The translations under genes and the position numbers were made by a program. 64,000 bases of DNA. Source: Owenia fusiformis (taxonomy: Eukaryota). The notes below the pieces were generated by a model. It had not been told where the DNA came from, ran no database searches, and worked only from the letters and a program-made list of their open reading frames with translations. The DNA is taken from assembly GCA_903813345.2 (NCBI GenBank), contig CAIIXF020000001.1, positions 17,980,001-18,044,000 on the forward strand. Direction: 5' to 3'. This document shows positions 1 to 11,629 of the stretch, piece after piece (position 1 is the first letter of the stretch; each line of letters opens with the position of its first letter).

Positions 1-23
1 AAATAAATAAAAATAAAAATAAA

Positions 24-234
24 TTTTTCAGAAAATGTACCCAATATATTGTTCTAACTGATACAATCTTCGAAATTTTAGAAAATTGACTGAAACAAAA
101 ATGGCGGTCATAAAAAGGAAAATAGATCGCCTCTTAATTCAGCTTATTCAGTTTTTTCCTTTTTCTACGAATGATATCACATTTTCAAAGATTGTATTAT
201 TTAGAGCCATATATTGGGCACATTTTCAGAAAAA
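24..234. repeat. 26-bp inverted repeat in a probable transposon fragment at the window edge
   Basis: tttttcagaaaatgtacccaatatat (24-49) versus atatattgggcacattttcagaaaaa (209-234), 2 mismatches. Confidence 0.55.
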
Positions 235-3200
235 TTCAAAAGATTCTGTTCAGTGACCTTTCCTAAGCTTCTACTTTTAGCTATTTTTCAGTCACATTTT
301 CAGAGGGCTGAAAAAAATTTATTTCATCATGTCTAGGGTCATTCTGACCATGTACATTGTGATCCTTGTCCTGTAAATGATATGTGGAACTATTTGAATT
401 GACTGGATGTCAAAACAGAACTCTGTTATCTTTGTTAAAAAAATATCTAAAAGTGCCACATTTTTTGTCACTTCCTGTTTTTGTCATTTCCTGTTAAGTG
501 GGTGTATGTGTTTGAAAAGAGTTTTTTTATCACTATTTTATGTTATAAAGGAGTTTCATTCATTTGTTTATAACGAATTTCACCGACTGATCATTCCTCA
601 AAAAGGTGTTTTGTGCTAGATGAGAAGACTCAAGATGCAAGACGATAACGACAACGTCATGGTGACAAATTGCATGTCAATATTTTTTCATTCGAATTAT
701 AAAGGGTCAGTCAGCAATTCTGATCCACTCCGAAATCGCTTCATAATGATCCGTCCTTTCGATAGACTGATTTTCATATATAAATACGCAATTGATCACG
801 TAACAAGTGAATTTTGTTTGCATTTTACAAATTAAAAAACATTTCAAGGTGGTTCATGATCAGGGCAGAGACTGCGAGCCTTACTTATTCCCCGTACACA
901 GGGCTCCAAGTATCCACTTTTTTCCAGTTCCAGAACATGATATCTAGATCAGAGTCTTGAGTTTGCCCTTGTTGAACAAAGAAATAAGAGCGCTTGGATC
1001 ACTTTTCTATCTGAGGGATTTTGTTGGATCGGTTTGTTACTTTTAAGGTTATAGCACACAATTCTTGATCGGGATTGTCGTTTAAAGGGAATTGTTTTTT
1101 TTTTCAGACTTTTGCTGTACAACTGAATACGTTTGCCTTATCACCATTTTCATTCAACTGCTTCGATATATAGACTCATATGTCGGCAGAGTGTACCTGG
1201 ACCCATGCGATAAACCAAGTCCTAAGTTAGATTTTGTAGAGGTGTCTGAGTAGATGGCTATAGTAATCAATGTCCGTTATAAAACCTGACGTTTGTCTGT
1301 GATCTATTGACATTTGACATTTTAAAAGAATGCTAATAGCGAATTGTAATTTCTAATAACGGTACATTTGCATGAGTTTCTGCCATCTTACATTGGTACT
1401 GTGATTGTCCCAGAGCTCCCGCCTTATAACAATAACTATACTCATTGTACTTGATAACCCTGATCAGTCTGTGAAATACATGTATTCTTATTGAATATAT
1501 CATTTTTAGCTTTCCTAATTGTCCCATAACTCAAATAAAACGAGATTATACTCGGCGTAACATCCGGGTGGATATACTGTTGCAGCTATTCATACTGCAG
1601 TACACGTAATTGACGAGGACTATGGTGACCTTTGACAATCAAGGGAATTAAGAGGACAGTTAAGGACCCCGATTGCTGATTCAAAAAACATATTATGAAA
1701 ATACATCATGCCAAATGAAGTGGTTCCCCTTGTTTAGCAGCTGACATTGTTTATATGTGATCGTCCTCTCTGACCGATCGTAAACCATCACTAGCTCGAA
1801 TAACACAAGTTTGTATTGTTTTGTACGCAGTTACTTTCCCTGCTTCAGTGTCTATGTTCGAGTCCTCTTGACAACCCATTCTATATGTGAAGTACCTCAG
1901 ATCCAAGTAAACTGTTTATTGATTCTAGACAATGACATTTACCTTGCAATTAATATAAACAATAAAAACTTTAATTAAACCTGGGACTATTTAACTTTGG
2001 TCTATTTACTAACTTTATTGTCTTTGCACCAATGAGTAAGGCAGGGTGGACAGAAGGTCATGTTTGCTCTCTGAATGTTTCGAAGACCGTCAAGATAAAA
2101 TGCTCACATCATAAATACATAACTGAACGTCACCCACGCATCAATTCAGATATTCCGTAACATTTTGAAGAATAAAAAATGAAAAAATTGCCATGATAAA
2201 AAATATCTAAAAAACAAAGATAACAGAGATTCAATTTCTGTGTGGAACGTTTATTTACGTATGCCGTCGACCATTGTATTTAAATTCTTTGTATACTTAA
2301 TGGTTGTCATGTTTTGTTAAGCGTTGCTAGGTGATTTCATCATATCTAACAGAACCTCAATTTTACTGCATCGTCTTGAGGTTCACTCAGTGCAAGTTCA
2401 GTCTTCATTTAACCCCACTTTCGCCTTAATTTACGACATTTTTATACCATGGCGGTCTTTTATTAATGGATAAGTGACCGTGTAAACGGTATATTCTACC
2501 TTCTTACAAATTTCCCCAATTCGTAACTGTCTTTCACATGTCCAAATATAGAAATAATTATGCTCATGTTCGTAAAATGAAAAGTGTAATACACAGCTTT
2601 ACATCTATTTAACAATTCTCATATCAACGCTTTATACTACAAATATAGTATCTGATGGCATAAAATCCGCACTTTGATGGCAACGGTTTGACAATAAAAT
2701 TTAAGTTCTGCGAGGTATATGTCTATGCAATTGATGTTATTAGTAGTAGGTGACCTTACTTTTGCCAGTTTCACTTGCTGTTAGGATAAATACAATCATG
2801 TCGAGTAAACTCTATACAAAACAACATTCCTGAAACCTACGTGGTCAACATAACAGGTAAGATAATTTACGTATAAAATATATTAATCATTTTCAGTAGA
2901 CAGTGGGACCCCATACTGCGGTTAGCCACCCCCTCGATGTGGCCCAAATGAAGGTCATTTGTGACGACAATATCGCCACATCACTCCAGTATTATGAGAT
3001 TTGTGGCATCTTCCTTGCGGCCTCCTTATCTGAAGACAATCATGGATATGATGAAGAATCCACTACTATAGGGATGAGTTGTGATGTTCGGGGGATTACT
3101 GAATCGTATAAGAGCTTAGGGACGCGATAAATCAAATGATGGGAAACTGCTAGGCTACGACAAACTGGATGCGCTGCTTTGATAATGACCTTATCTGACT

Positions 3201-3871
3201 GAGGTTATTCGGTACAAACTAATAAAAACTAATAATATCATTTCGATTTCTATATTATCCATTCAATGGGCTTGGTTTAGATTGCGCTATGAGAAAGGAT
3301 AATGGCTGCAGTTAGTGAAAGTAATTCGATGCATTAGAAATATCGCGGCATTTAGTGAAAGCGATTTTGAATATCGCATATTTTTCCCATGGAGCTATGA
3401 GATCATGGTATAGTTGTCACAAGAACACAAGATTTGACTGAGTCATACACGCTGTTACAAATTGTTAATTTTATAGTTCGCTCAAACCTTCTGATCAAGT
3501 TGATTGATTAAAAGTCAGTCTTATGTAAATTTTTAATTCGATGAATATGGATCTAGGCTTCTCTTGCTCACCCATGCTTATCCTCCTAGGTGCCATTCAC
3601 GTCATATTAATCTCTCTGCTATATATGATGTATATGTGCGATAACTGTTACATAATAACAAACGGCAAAACGAGAATTTGAATACAAACGGCAAAACCGG
3701 AATTTGAATGCATTATTAAAATTGGCAGATTGGTATTAGGAATTGTATAATTGGCTCTAAGTATGATCATAGTACTATATAGACCGCTGGATGTTATTAC
3801 AGATTTAAAATGTAAAATTGTTAGTTTAATTTGTTAGTTTTCATCTTAAAATTGGGCAACAATATGTCATA

Positions 3872-5640
3872 TACCGTATTCAACCATACTAGATGTAACC
3901 CTAAATAGCAAGGCATACCATATCGTATTTAACTGTATGCAACCATAAGGAACAAGGCATAACATATTTATTCAACCTTACTAGATACAACCCTAAATAG
4001 CAAGGCACAACTTATCGTATTCAACTGTATGCAACTAAAAGAAACAAGACATAACAAAATTTAAGCTTACTGGATGCAACCCTAAATAGCAAGGCAACGT
4101 ATCGTAATCAACTGTATGCAACCAAAAGTATAAGCATAAAATTTTTATTCAACCATACTTGATGCAACCCTAAATAGCAAGGTATACCATATCGTAATCA
4201 ACTGTATGCAACCAAAAGTAACAAAGCATAACATTTTTATTCAACCATACTTGATGCAACCCTAAATAGCAAGGTATACCATATCGTAATCAACTGTATG
4301 CAACCAAAAGTAACAAAGCATAACATTTTTATTCAACCATACTTGATGCAACCCTAAATAGCAAGGTATACCATATCGTAATCAACTGTATGCAACCAAA
4401 AGTAACAAAGCATAACATTTTTATTCAACCATACTTGATGCAACCCTAAATAGCAAGGTATACCATATCTTAAATCCCACTTGGGTAGCAACACAATAGA
4501 ATTTGCTGTGGTTTATTTTTAAGAATGTATGGTTTTATCAAAAGGAAAGTGCATTATTTTTCTATTGTTTTTAAAGAATGTACACTTGGCAAGCTATCAA
4601 AAACAAGTGAGACATAAATGACCATTGACAGTTTTTGATAGTTTTCATTCCCTAAAAACAATATACAAAAATACATGTACCCTTCTCTTGTTACTGTGCA
4701 TTCTTTAGAATAAAACAATTTATCAATTTTTGTTGCTATCTACATCATTGATCTTATCTTACTTACAAATATTCGGCTGTATTCAAATGCAATGTTCTGG
4801 ACTGGACAGTCACCTGTAGTGCACTGAAGCTAGACTAATTATAGCCCACTCAGTCAATTACATCAACTCACACTCATGAGGTCAATGCAACCAACTCTTT
4901 TTGTTGTTACAATTAATTGGCTAACTACATGAACAGTCAACTCAAAAGAACTCACTCACTTACATGTATCAAACCACTAATTACCCTACATGAACAGTCA
5001 ACACAAAAGAAATAAAATTTTCCAGATTAGATCATTGACCATTTACCTGCAATATACCATTTACCTGTAATAAGAATGTGTGTGATTTAAGTAAGATAAA
5101 GCATTCGAATTCGATTTGATAAGAAATAATACCTCAGGCCTTCGGCCTTCGGTGTATTATTTCTTATAAAATCTCATTCTTATGCTTTATCCAGTACGTA
5201 ATCAACTGTATGCAACCAAAAGTAACAAGGCATAACATTTTTATTCAACCATACTTGATGCAACCCTAAATAGCAAGGTATACCATATCGTCATCAACTG
5301 TATGCAACCAAAAGTAACAAGGCATAACATTTTTATTCAACCATACTCGATGCAACCCTAAATATCAAGACACCACTTATCGTATTCAACAGTATACTCG
5401 TACAAATAAAAGTAACAAAGGCATAACATTTTTATTCAACCTTACTAGATGCAACCCTAAATAACAAGACACCACTCACCGTATTCAACTGTATGCAACC
5501 ATAAATAACAAGACACCACTCACCGTATTCAACTGTATGCAACCATAAATAACAAGTACAACATATTTATTCAACCTTACTAGATGCAACTGTAAGGTAC
5601 TACGTATCGTATTCAACTGTATGCAACCATAAGGGGCATC
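3872..5640. repeat. 92-bp tandem repeat array made of two related subunits, split by an insertion
   Basis: ATTCAACC recurs at 4147, 4239, 4331 and 4423 (period 92). The array stops at 4469, resumes in register at 5198, and degenerates toward both edges. Confidence 0.92.
4470..5197. mobile_element. 728-bp TSD-less insertion with a long 3'-terminal hairpin (Crypton-like non-autonomous element; class inferred)
   Basis: Interrupts the 92-bp unit precisely at TACCATATC|GTAATC with no duplication. Hairpin 5091-5197 has a perfect 14-bp stem ATAAGAAATAATAC/GTATTATTTCTTAT and apex AGGCCttcGGCCT. Confidence 0.75.
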
Positions 5641-5931
5641 GGGCCATGAAAAAAATGTTGTGTTTTGGTTGTAGCATGGGCTTTGAAAGCCCATGGTTTG
5701 AGGGGCCCAAAATCTTTTTCCACTCAAGTTGAAATGTGCCCACCCCCCTTGTCAGCTTACGGATCCGCCAGTGCAAGCTTATTGTATGTAATCAAAAGTA
5801 AGTTGGCATACCAACCACACTTAATTCATCCATATTGCTGTTTGCTACCTTAAGGGACCATAGATACGGTATCTTCCTCAACAAGGCATAACTTAATGCA
5901 TGCAAGATAAAGTTGCATATTGTATTTAAGA

Positions 5932-6197
5932 AATATAGACCGATGAGCAGGGGTAATATTGTCGAATACACCCCGCAGGGATACGTACAAACATTTTGAA
6001 AGTTTGTGCCTAGCCCTAAGGGGTGTATTCGATGATACAACCCATGCTCTGAGGTCTATATTACGATTAGAACATGATAACTCACCAAAATGTTTTCAAT
6101 ATTCATTATGGTCCGCCATCACTACGACCCGCCGTTATGACGTCACACATTACACGTTTTACCAGGGGTATTCTTCGCGAATATACCCCGGGTGAAA
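5932..6197. mobile_element. Foldback element remnant (two hairpins)
   Basis: ~130-bp hairpin 5932-6062 (AATATAGACC/GGTCTATATT; TCGAATACACCCC/GGGGTGTATTCGA) and a second hairpin at 6158-6197. Confidence 0.6.
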
Positions 6198-6379
6198 TGT
6201 TGACTTTGTTTACAGTTTATAGAAGGAGTGAATACAGTCGTGTTCGAATCAACCGTGCATACCTTGCTGTGCAACCAAATGTAAACAGACTCACTAAATG
6301 ATTAAACCGTGCATAAATTACATGCAAGTATATTGTATGCAACTAGTGAAGAATTGCTCCTGGTTGTTGAATATATAAG

Positions 6380-6578
6380 CGCAAATGCCAAAGGGAAGGG
6401 AAAAACTTTAAAGAAACCCAACAAGAAAAGCAAACTGTAAGTGTAAATCTGTCATAAGAAAAGTAGACCCTATATATCCCAAAACCATGATCTAACGTGA
6501 AAAGAAACAATGTCTAACATCCCCCCCCCCCTCCAATCGAGAACCAATATCACAATCCAGGAACAGAACACCAAGGGA
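6380..6578 (+). repeat. Dispersed ~200-bp repeat, copy 1 (class unknown)
   Basis: Core tatcccaaaaccatgatctaacgtgaaaagaaa...aatatcacaat...acaccaaggg is shared with 54670-54868 (+) and 56889-57087 (-). Confidence 0.8.
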
Positions 6579-7832
6579 CATTGATGTGTTTCAGAATGTC
6601 AATAGTTTTGTCTCGGCAAGGCGTACAAGGCGCACAAGGCGGCCGTAGCTTCACGAAATGGACATAGAATATCTACATCGCACTGCTTATCCATACATTG
6701 TATTGTTATGCTGCATACTTCTCTCGACTTTGGAAAGCTATGGCCGCAGTAGATCAAATGTTACTGAAGCATAGGCTTATGTATTTTACAAGTAGACTAT
6801 ACTAGAGGACATTTGCAAATCTTAAGATTCGATTGTTTTCCCTGTGCATTTGGCTGCTGAATACAGTCATGTAAGCATTGATTTGATAGTGGCCATGCAT
6901 GATCAATGATATTAATATCATTGGACAACGACATGACAAGGCTTATCTTTATTTCCAAGTAAGTGAGTTGAGTTATTTATCTATTTCACTTTACTTTCGA
7001 ATACTGTTCTTCGACAACGAGGAGTGCAAGTTACACATTTCTAAGAGAATGTGTACTTGTACTCTTTTGTAAGGGTGTTGTTTCCCGGGGACCACTGTAC
7101 CCTACGATCCCAAAGGTTGCAATCATGCCTAGCTTTCGGTAAGGAGGTAGATGGAAACATGAAGTGGGCATGGTTGGAACTCAAATCACAAATTGAGAAC
7201 TGCTTAAGATAGTATTCCACATTGTAAGATAAATAAGAACTTCTAATATAAATAAAAGTGTCTCATGTGTGATTTCATCTATGCGACGCACCATCTCTGT
7301 AGAGCACTGTGGCTAGTCGATCTATGTGGATGCAGTCATTTATATGTAATGTATCGTGGGTACTCGCGTTCATTATAGGGAATGGGATCATTGCAAAAAT
7401 ATGACAGCAAATCGAGGTAAGTGATCTCAGAGTTTCTACTTAACATTGTGACTTGAAATCTTGCATACATATTCAATATACATAGTATGACAATGTGTGA
7501 AATTTTCAGCTACCATATTCCTGTTATAGAGAAGATATTTGAAAAACATTTCGTAAACGTCAACATATATGTATAAAATGGATGCACCTATGTATCATTT
7601 GGATTCAGAACGGTAACAAATGGATGCTTTAATGAATTATACTTTTATCATGATGATTTATTTACTGATGGACAACTGGCCAGATTTTCTTTGTATACAT
7701 TGTTCGGATAAACATTCCTTACTCATTAAAGTAATTAGCCACCCCATTACAAGTAGTCTAAAGACACCCTCTTGAAAAATTGAAAATACTATATATAAAC
7801 CCATCAACTGGAAAATGCCATTACAGATGAGA

Positions 7833-8821
7833 TAAAGGACCCACGGTCCTGCTCACACAGTGTAGAACCTTCAGAGGAATGTATATCCTGATGTTCAAAC
7901 AAAAGTATTGGTAAATATGAGATCAATGAAAGATGAGTCCTTTGTTGTTGGTTCAGATATGATTTGTTGTAGTCAAAGGAAAAACTATGAATTTAACCTA
8001 GATTTTGACCTAGGCCTTTTAGTGTCCAAATTTTGAAGGAAAGTAGATTTTGAGGACGGCTTCTATTGTAGATTCTTATTAAGTTGGCAGCATCCAAGCT
8101 GTATCTAGTGTTGTGTTGTTACAAAAATGCCATAACTTCCGAACCGAAAGTCGGATCAAAATCTGGTTTGCAGATTCGGATTCTTTGGACAATTCTACAC
8201 ATATTTCATAACTCATACATTGAATTCCAAGAAGTTTTTATTGTGACCTACTTTTCGGATGCCATATCTCAAAAACGGTAAGAGTGATCAAAAACAACTT
8301 GCCTGTAGGGATTAGCTTTTTTCCAAGGAACATGATTAAAAAACGGAGCAAAAATATTGAAGGACGACTGAGAAAATTGAAAAAATGACAAAGTACTGGA
8401 TTTGACCTAGTTCTTGACCTTTGACCTAGATAAAACCTGATTAGACCTAGATCTGGACTTGGACCTGAACTGGACCTTGACTTGGACCTGGACTTGGACC
8501 TGGACTTGGACCTGGAAATGGACTGGACTGGTATTTTTTCAATCTTTTCTTCACTTCTCTTGACTTTCTATAAGGCTATCATCAGATCGATTTTTCTCGA
8601 AATTTAAAATTCAGCAATTTCTCGGAAACCGGGCGAACTTGGGAAATGGCGATGATAGGTCAAATAGACATTATGGATATGCATAAAACAAATGTGGAAA
8701 TGACTCAATCCGAATGGCAGTTTTAATTTGTGCAGCAAATGTTGACAGACGGACGGACCAACGGACGGACCAATGGAAGGACGCCTGGTCGATCCCATAG
8801 GCTTACTGTGTGAGCCAAAAA
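7833..8821 (+). mobile_element. Helentron-associated non-autonomous element (HINE-like), nested in the Transib-like element
   Basis: 5' palindrome AGGACCcacGGTCCT, then subTIR GCTCACACAGT (7851-7861). 3' ACGG microsatellite (~8745-8770), complementary ACTGTGTGAGC (8805-8815) and an A run. Internal tandem repeats, no TSD, A-rich junctions. Boundaries are approximate. Confidence 0.7.
8398..8532. repeat. 6-bp-unit minisatellite (GGACTT/GGACCT/TGACCT) inside the HINE-like element
   Basis: gacttggacctggacttggacctggacttggacctgg is directly visible. Confidence 0.85.
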
Positions 8822-8972
8822 CTATGGTTTTATCGCTAATACTGTTAATTTGAAAAACGGGTCCATAACATGTAATGATGACAATGAAAATGTTGAAATT
8901 AGGTACGCCAATGAAGTGAATTCAGAGCAAACGACCCATCGACCCACTGGAATACCCACAAATCAAGTTTCA

Positions 8973-9551
8973 TAGCCTTGCCCAAGTCGGTCTCTTTTAC
9001 TTATCTTGATTTCTATCATGACCACCTTGTACCTTAGAGAAAGCCACGTGCTTTACCGACCCAATGTTTTTGTCGGTACAATTTGACAAATCAACGACGA
9101 GCCTACATTACCGGACTAGGTCTTCGTGCATTTCTTCGAGAATTCAGTTTTGATTTTTTTGAATCAACATTGAATTGCATGATTTCATTTAGACGAGTAT
9201 TAATGACTGCTTACATTCCAATGTACATTTAATAACATAATATATTGTAACTCTCAAGAAACACTCGATCAGATCATTGAATTTCAAGTCCTAGATGGGT
9301 AGTTTGCTTTTTTTATGCAGGTCAACCTGATAACGTTTTGATTGGTCAATCAGCCTGAAGTCACACGTTGTGTCCATGTCCATATTGTCAATCAATATGG
9401 TTTTGCGATACCGTTAGGTAGCCTAGGTATTATGGGAATCTCGAAACCGCTGAATAACTTAGTATAATATCAGCGATGCTGCATAGGATTGTTTAAGGTT
9501 GTAATAATTCAAGATCAGATAAGTAAATAAATACCGACTTGGGCAAGGCTA
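8973..9551. mobile_element. 579-bp non-autonomous TIR element with 9-bp TSD (AcademH-like; MuDR not excluded), nested in the Transib-like element
   Basis: Perfect 19-bp TIR TAGCCTTGCCCAAGTCGGT (8973-8991 / 9533-9551), imperfect to ~38 bp. Perfect TSD CAAGTTTCA at 8964-8972 and 9552-9560. Confidence 0.88.
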
Positions 9552-11051
9552 CAAGTTTCAGAGCCATTAACATTCCTTGAAAATGACAATGAGCAGCCAA
9601 CAGATGTACAATCCGTAAATCTTGATGATTTTGTCAGCTCAGCTGAACGAGCCTCCAGATTCCTTGAAACAAATGACCATAATTCAAGAATAATTTTATC
9701 TTATCGTGGTAAGTGGAATCTTTCCAATTACCAATATAGCATTATTATTGTTTTTTGACACTGTGGATTAAAATATTAAAAATACACACATTCAAAATGA
9801 TTCAATTGAAACCTAGCCAGTCTGTTCAATGAATCCAATCAGAACGTCTACTAATCCACATGATACATCATAATTAAATTGCTTTTTTAAAGCGGATATT
9901 TCATACCATAACCCCAAAAATATTATAGAACGCATTGTATTTGTAATTTACTTCACACAGACATATTTGTGTATATGTGAAATAATTATATTACTTGACT
10001 TTTTTATTCCCCATTACAAGGTAAACCTATGGCAAATTATACAGCCTTCTCACAGCTGTGAGCGAGATGATAAAACTGGTCGAGTGAACTTGTTTGAGTT
10101 ATCTATTCTCCGTAAAAATATCAGAGAATGTGTGTTTATAGCGTAGCTTTGGTTTTATAAATCAATGAAGTATGATATACACGGATGAGTAAATATAGAT
10201 TATTTAAACAGAAGAGCAAAATTCTTCCATTGAAAAGTACAGAGGCGGGTACTCATGAAACATTACATGTGCCTGACTGCATCCTCATAGATCGACTAGC
10301 CACAGTGTAGAGAGCATCCACACACGTTATTATCGTAAGAAAGAGAGAACTGGGAAAGGTAAATCCATCAGGCTGGATCCGACTGGATCCGACTGTGCAT
10401 GACAAATATATCGCATATACCTACTGTTGTTCTCGTTACACTCTACCTTCCGAGGTTCTGAAATTTAAAAAAATATTAATATTTATTTAAAAATGGATTT
10501 AAAATGTTTCTTAAAAGTGAAAAATTTCATATCCAAAGTGTTAAATTTGATATTATTTTCGTTTGTTTATTTCACTGAAATTCAGTGGATTCAGATTCAA
10601 TGAATATTGTTGAGTAAAAATAGTATGCCAAAAAACTCACATGTTATTCCCGATTGTTCATTGGTGGCAAAATAACGACCAATCAGAACACAATAACGTA
10701 AATACACTCAGCTTGTATTCGCGAATGCAACTAACGACTGTTGGCTATCGGATTAACACACTATCTTACAGATAACTCATTTAAATATGAATAGTACCTG
10801 CCGCAATTTCATTTATATTCAAATGAGTTGGTCATAGAATAGTAGGTAAACCCGCTAGTCGATCCGCTCGACAAGCTCAGTGTATTTATCTTATACTGTG
10901 TTCTAACTGGCCAGAAGATGTAACGCTTGCCTACTTATATGTAACACTCACCATATGGTTCAGTGCCTTTTTGATTATTCATTTTAAATGGCAATGGGTT
11001 ACGTATTAGTTTCAACCCGTTTTGATCTTGATGTAACATACATACATAGAG

Positions 11052-11629
11052 ATTATCCTATATGAGGTTCAGGATATTGGGATTACCCCGAGGCCAATAT
11101 AATATATTTGCCCGAGGGCCGCAGGTCCCGAGGGAAAATATATTATATTGGCCAAGGGATAATCCCAATATCCTGAACCGACTATATAGGGGTTATGCAC
11201 TGGGAGGTTTTGGATACAGGGAATATCCCGAGGGATATACAATATATCTTCCTGAGGGACCGAAGGGACCAAGGGAAGATATATTGGATATCCCAAGGGA
11301 TATTTCTTGTATCCAAACCGACCGTGCATACCTGTTGTATTCCATACCTGATGAGGTTTGAAATAATAAGCACGTATCCCATTTTTTCTAAATTTTTTTC
11401 AAAATCTTTTTCACATTTTTTTGCATAATTTTTTTTCAGAATTTTTTTCACATTTTTTTCAAAACATTTTTTCTCAACATTTTTTCAAATTTTTTTGAGC
11501 GGGACATACGATTTATATGTCCCGGAGCTCCGTTGGAGCGGGACATACGAAAAATATTTGCCCGAATATGGAATATATTCCCGGTTGATATGTCCCTGAA
11601 ACCTCATAAGGTATGGAATACAGGATAAT
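11052..11629. mobile_element. Triple-hairpin foldback element (Crypton-like non-autonomous; class inferred)
   Basis: Hairpins at 11057-11190 and 11194-11330; 11331-11359 pairs with 11598-11624. 8-bp terminal IR ATTATCCT/AGGATAAT. Near-identical partial inverted copy at 56468-56585. Confidence 0.8.

Larger units (their letters stand above)
7510..9708 (+). pseudogene. Decayed, interrupted cargo ORF of the Transib-like element (product uncertain; kelch-like stretch)
   Basis: Removing the 8973-9560 insertion and one TSD copy restores a stop-free frame of ~100 codons (8820-8972 + 9561-9708) ending at donor GTAAGT 9709. The upstream part (7510-7832) follows an acceptor ttttcAG but has stops and a frameshift. 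Confidence 0.5.
7305..10307. mobile_element. Non-autonomous Transib/RAG-like DNA transposon (3003 bp including nested insertions)
   Basis: TIR CACTGTGGCTAGTCGATCTATG(T/A)GGATGCAGTCA is 33/34 identical between the ends and extends imperfectly to ~63 bp. 5-bp TSD TAGAG at 7300-7304 and 10308-10312. CAC termini with a 5-bp TSD are the Transib/RAG hallmark. Confidence 0.75.

Noticed and set aside
2898-3200. Possible decayed transposase exon (…DGKLLGYD… loosely P-element-like)
   Set aside because: Too short and frameshifted to support by eye; needs BLASTX.
3872-5640. CRISPR-like appearance of the repeat array
   Set aside because: The units are head-to-tail with no unique spacers, there are no cas genes, and the context is eukaryotic.
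11062-11451. Four overlapping ORFs, and similar ones at 56381-56630
   Set aside because: They are by-products of a GC-richer palindromic repeat with no recognisable domain.
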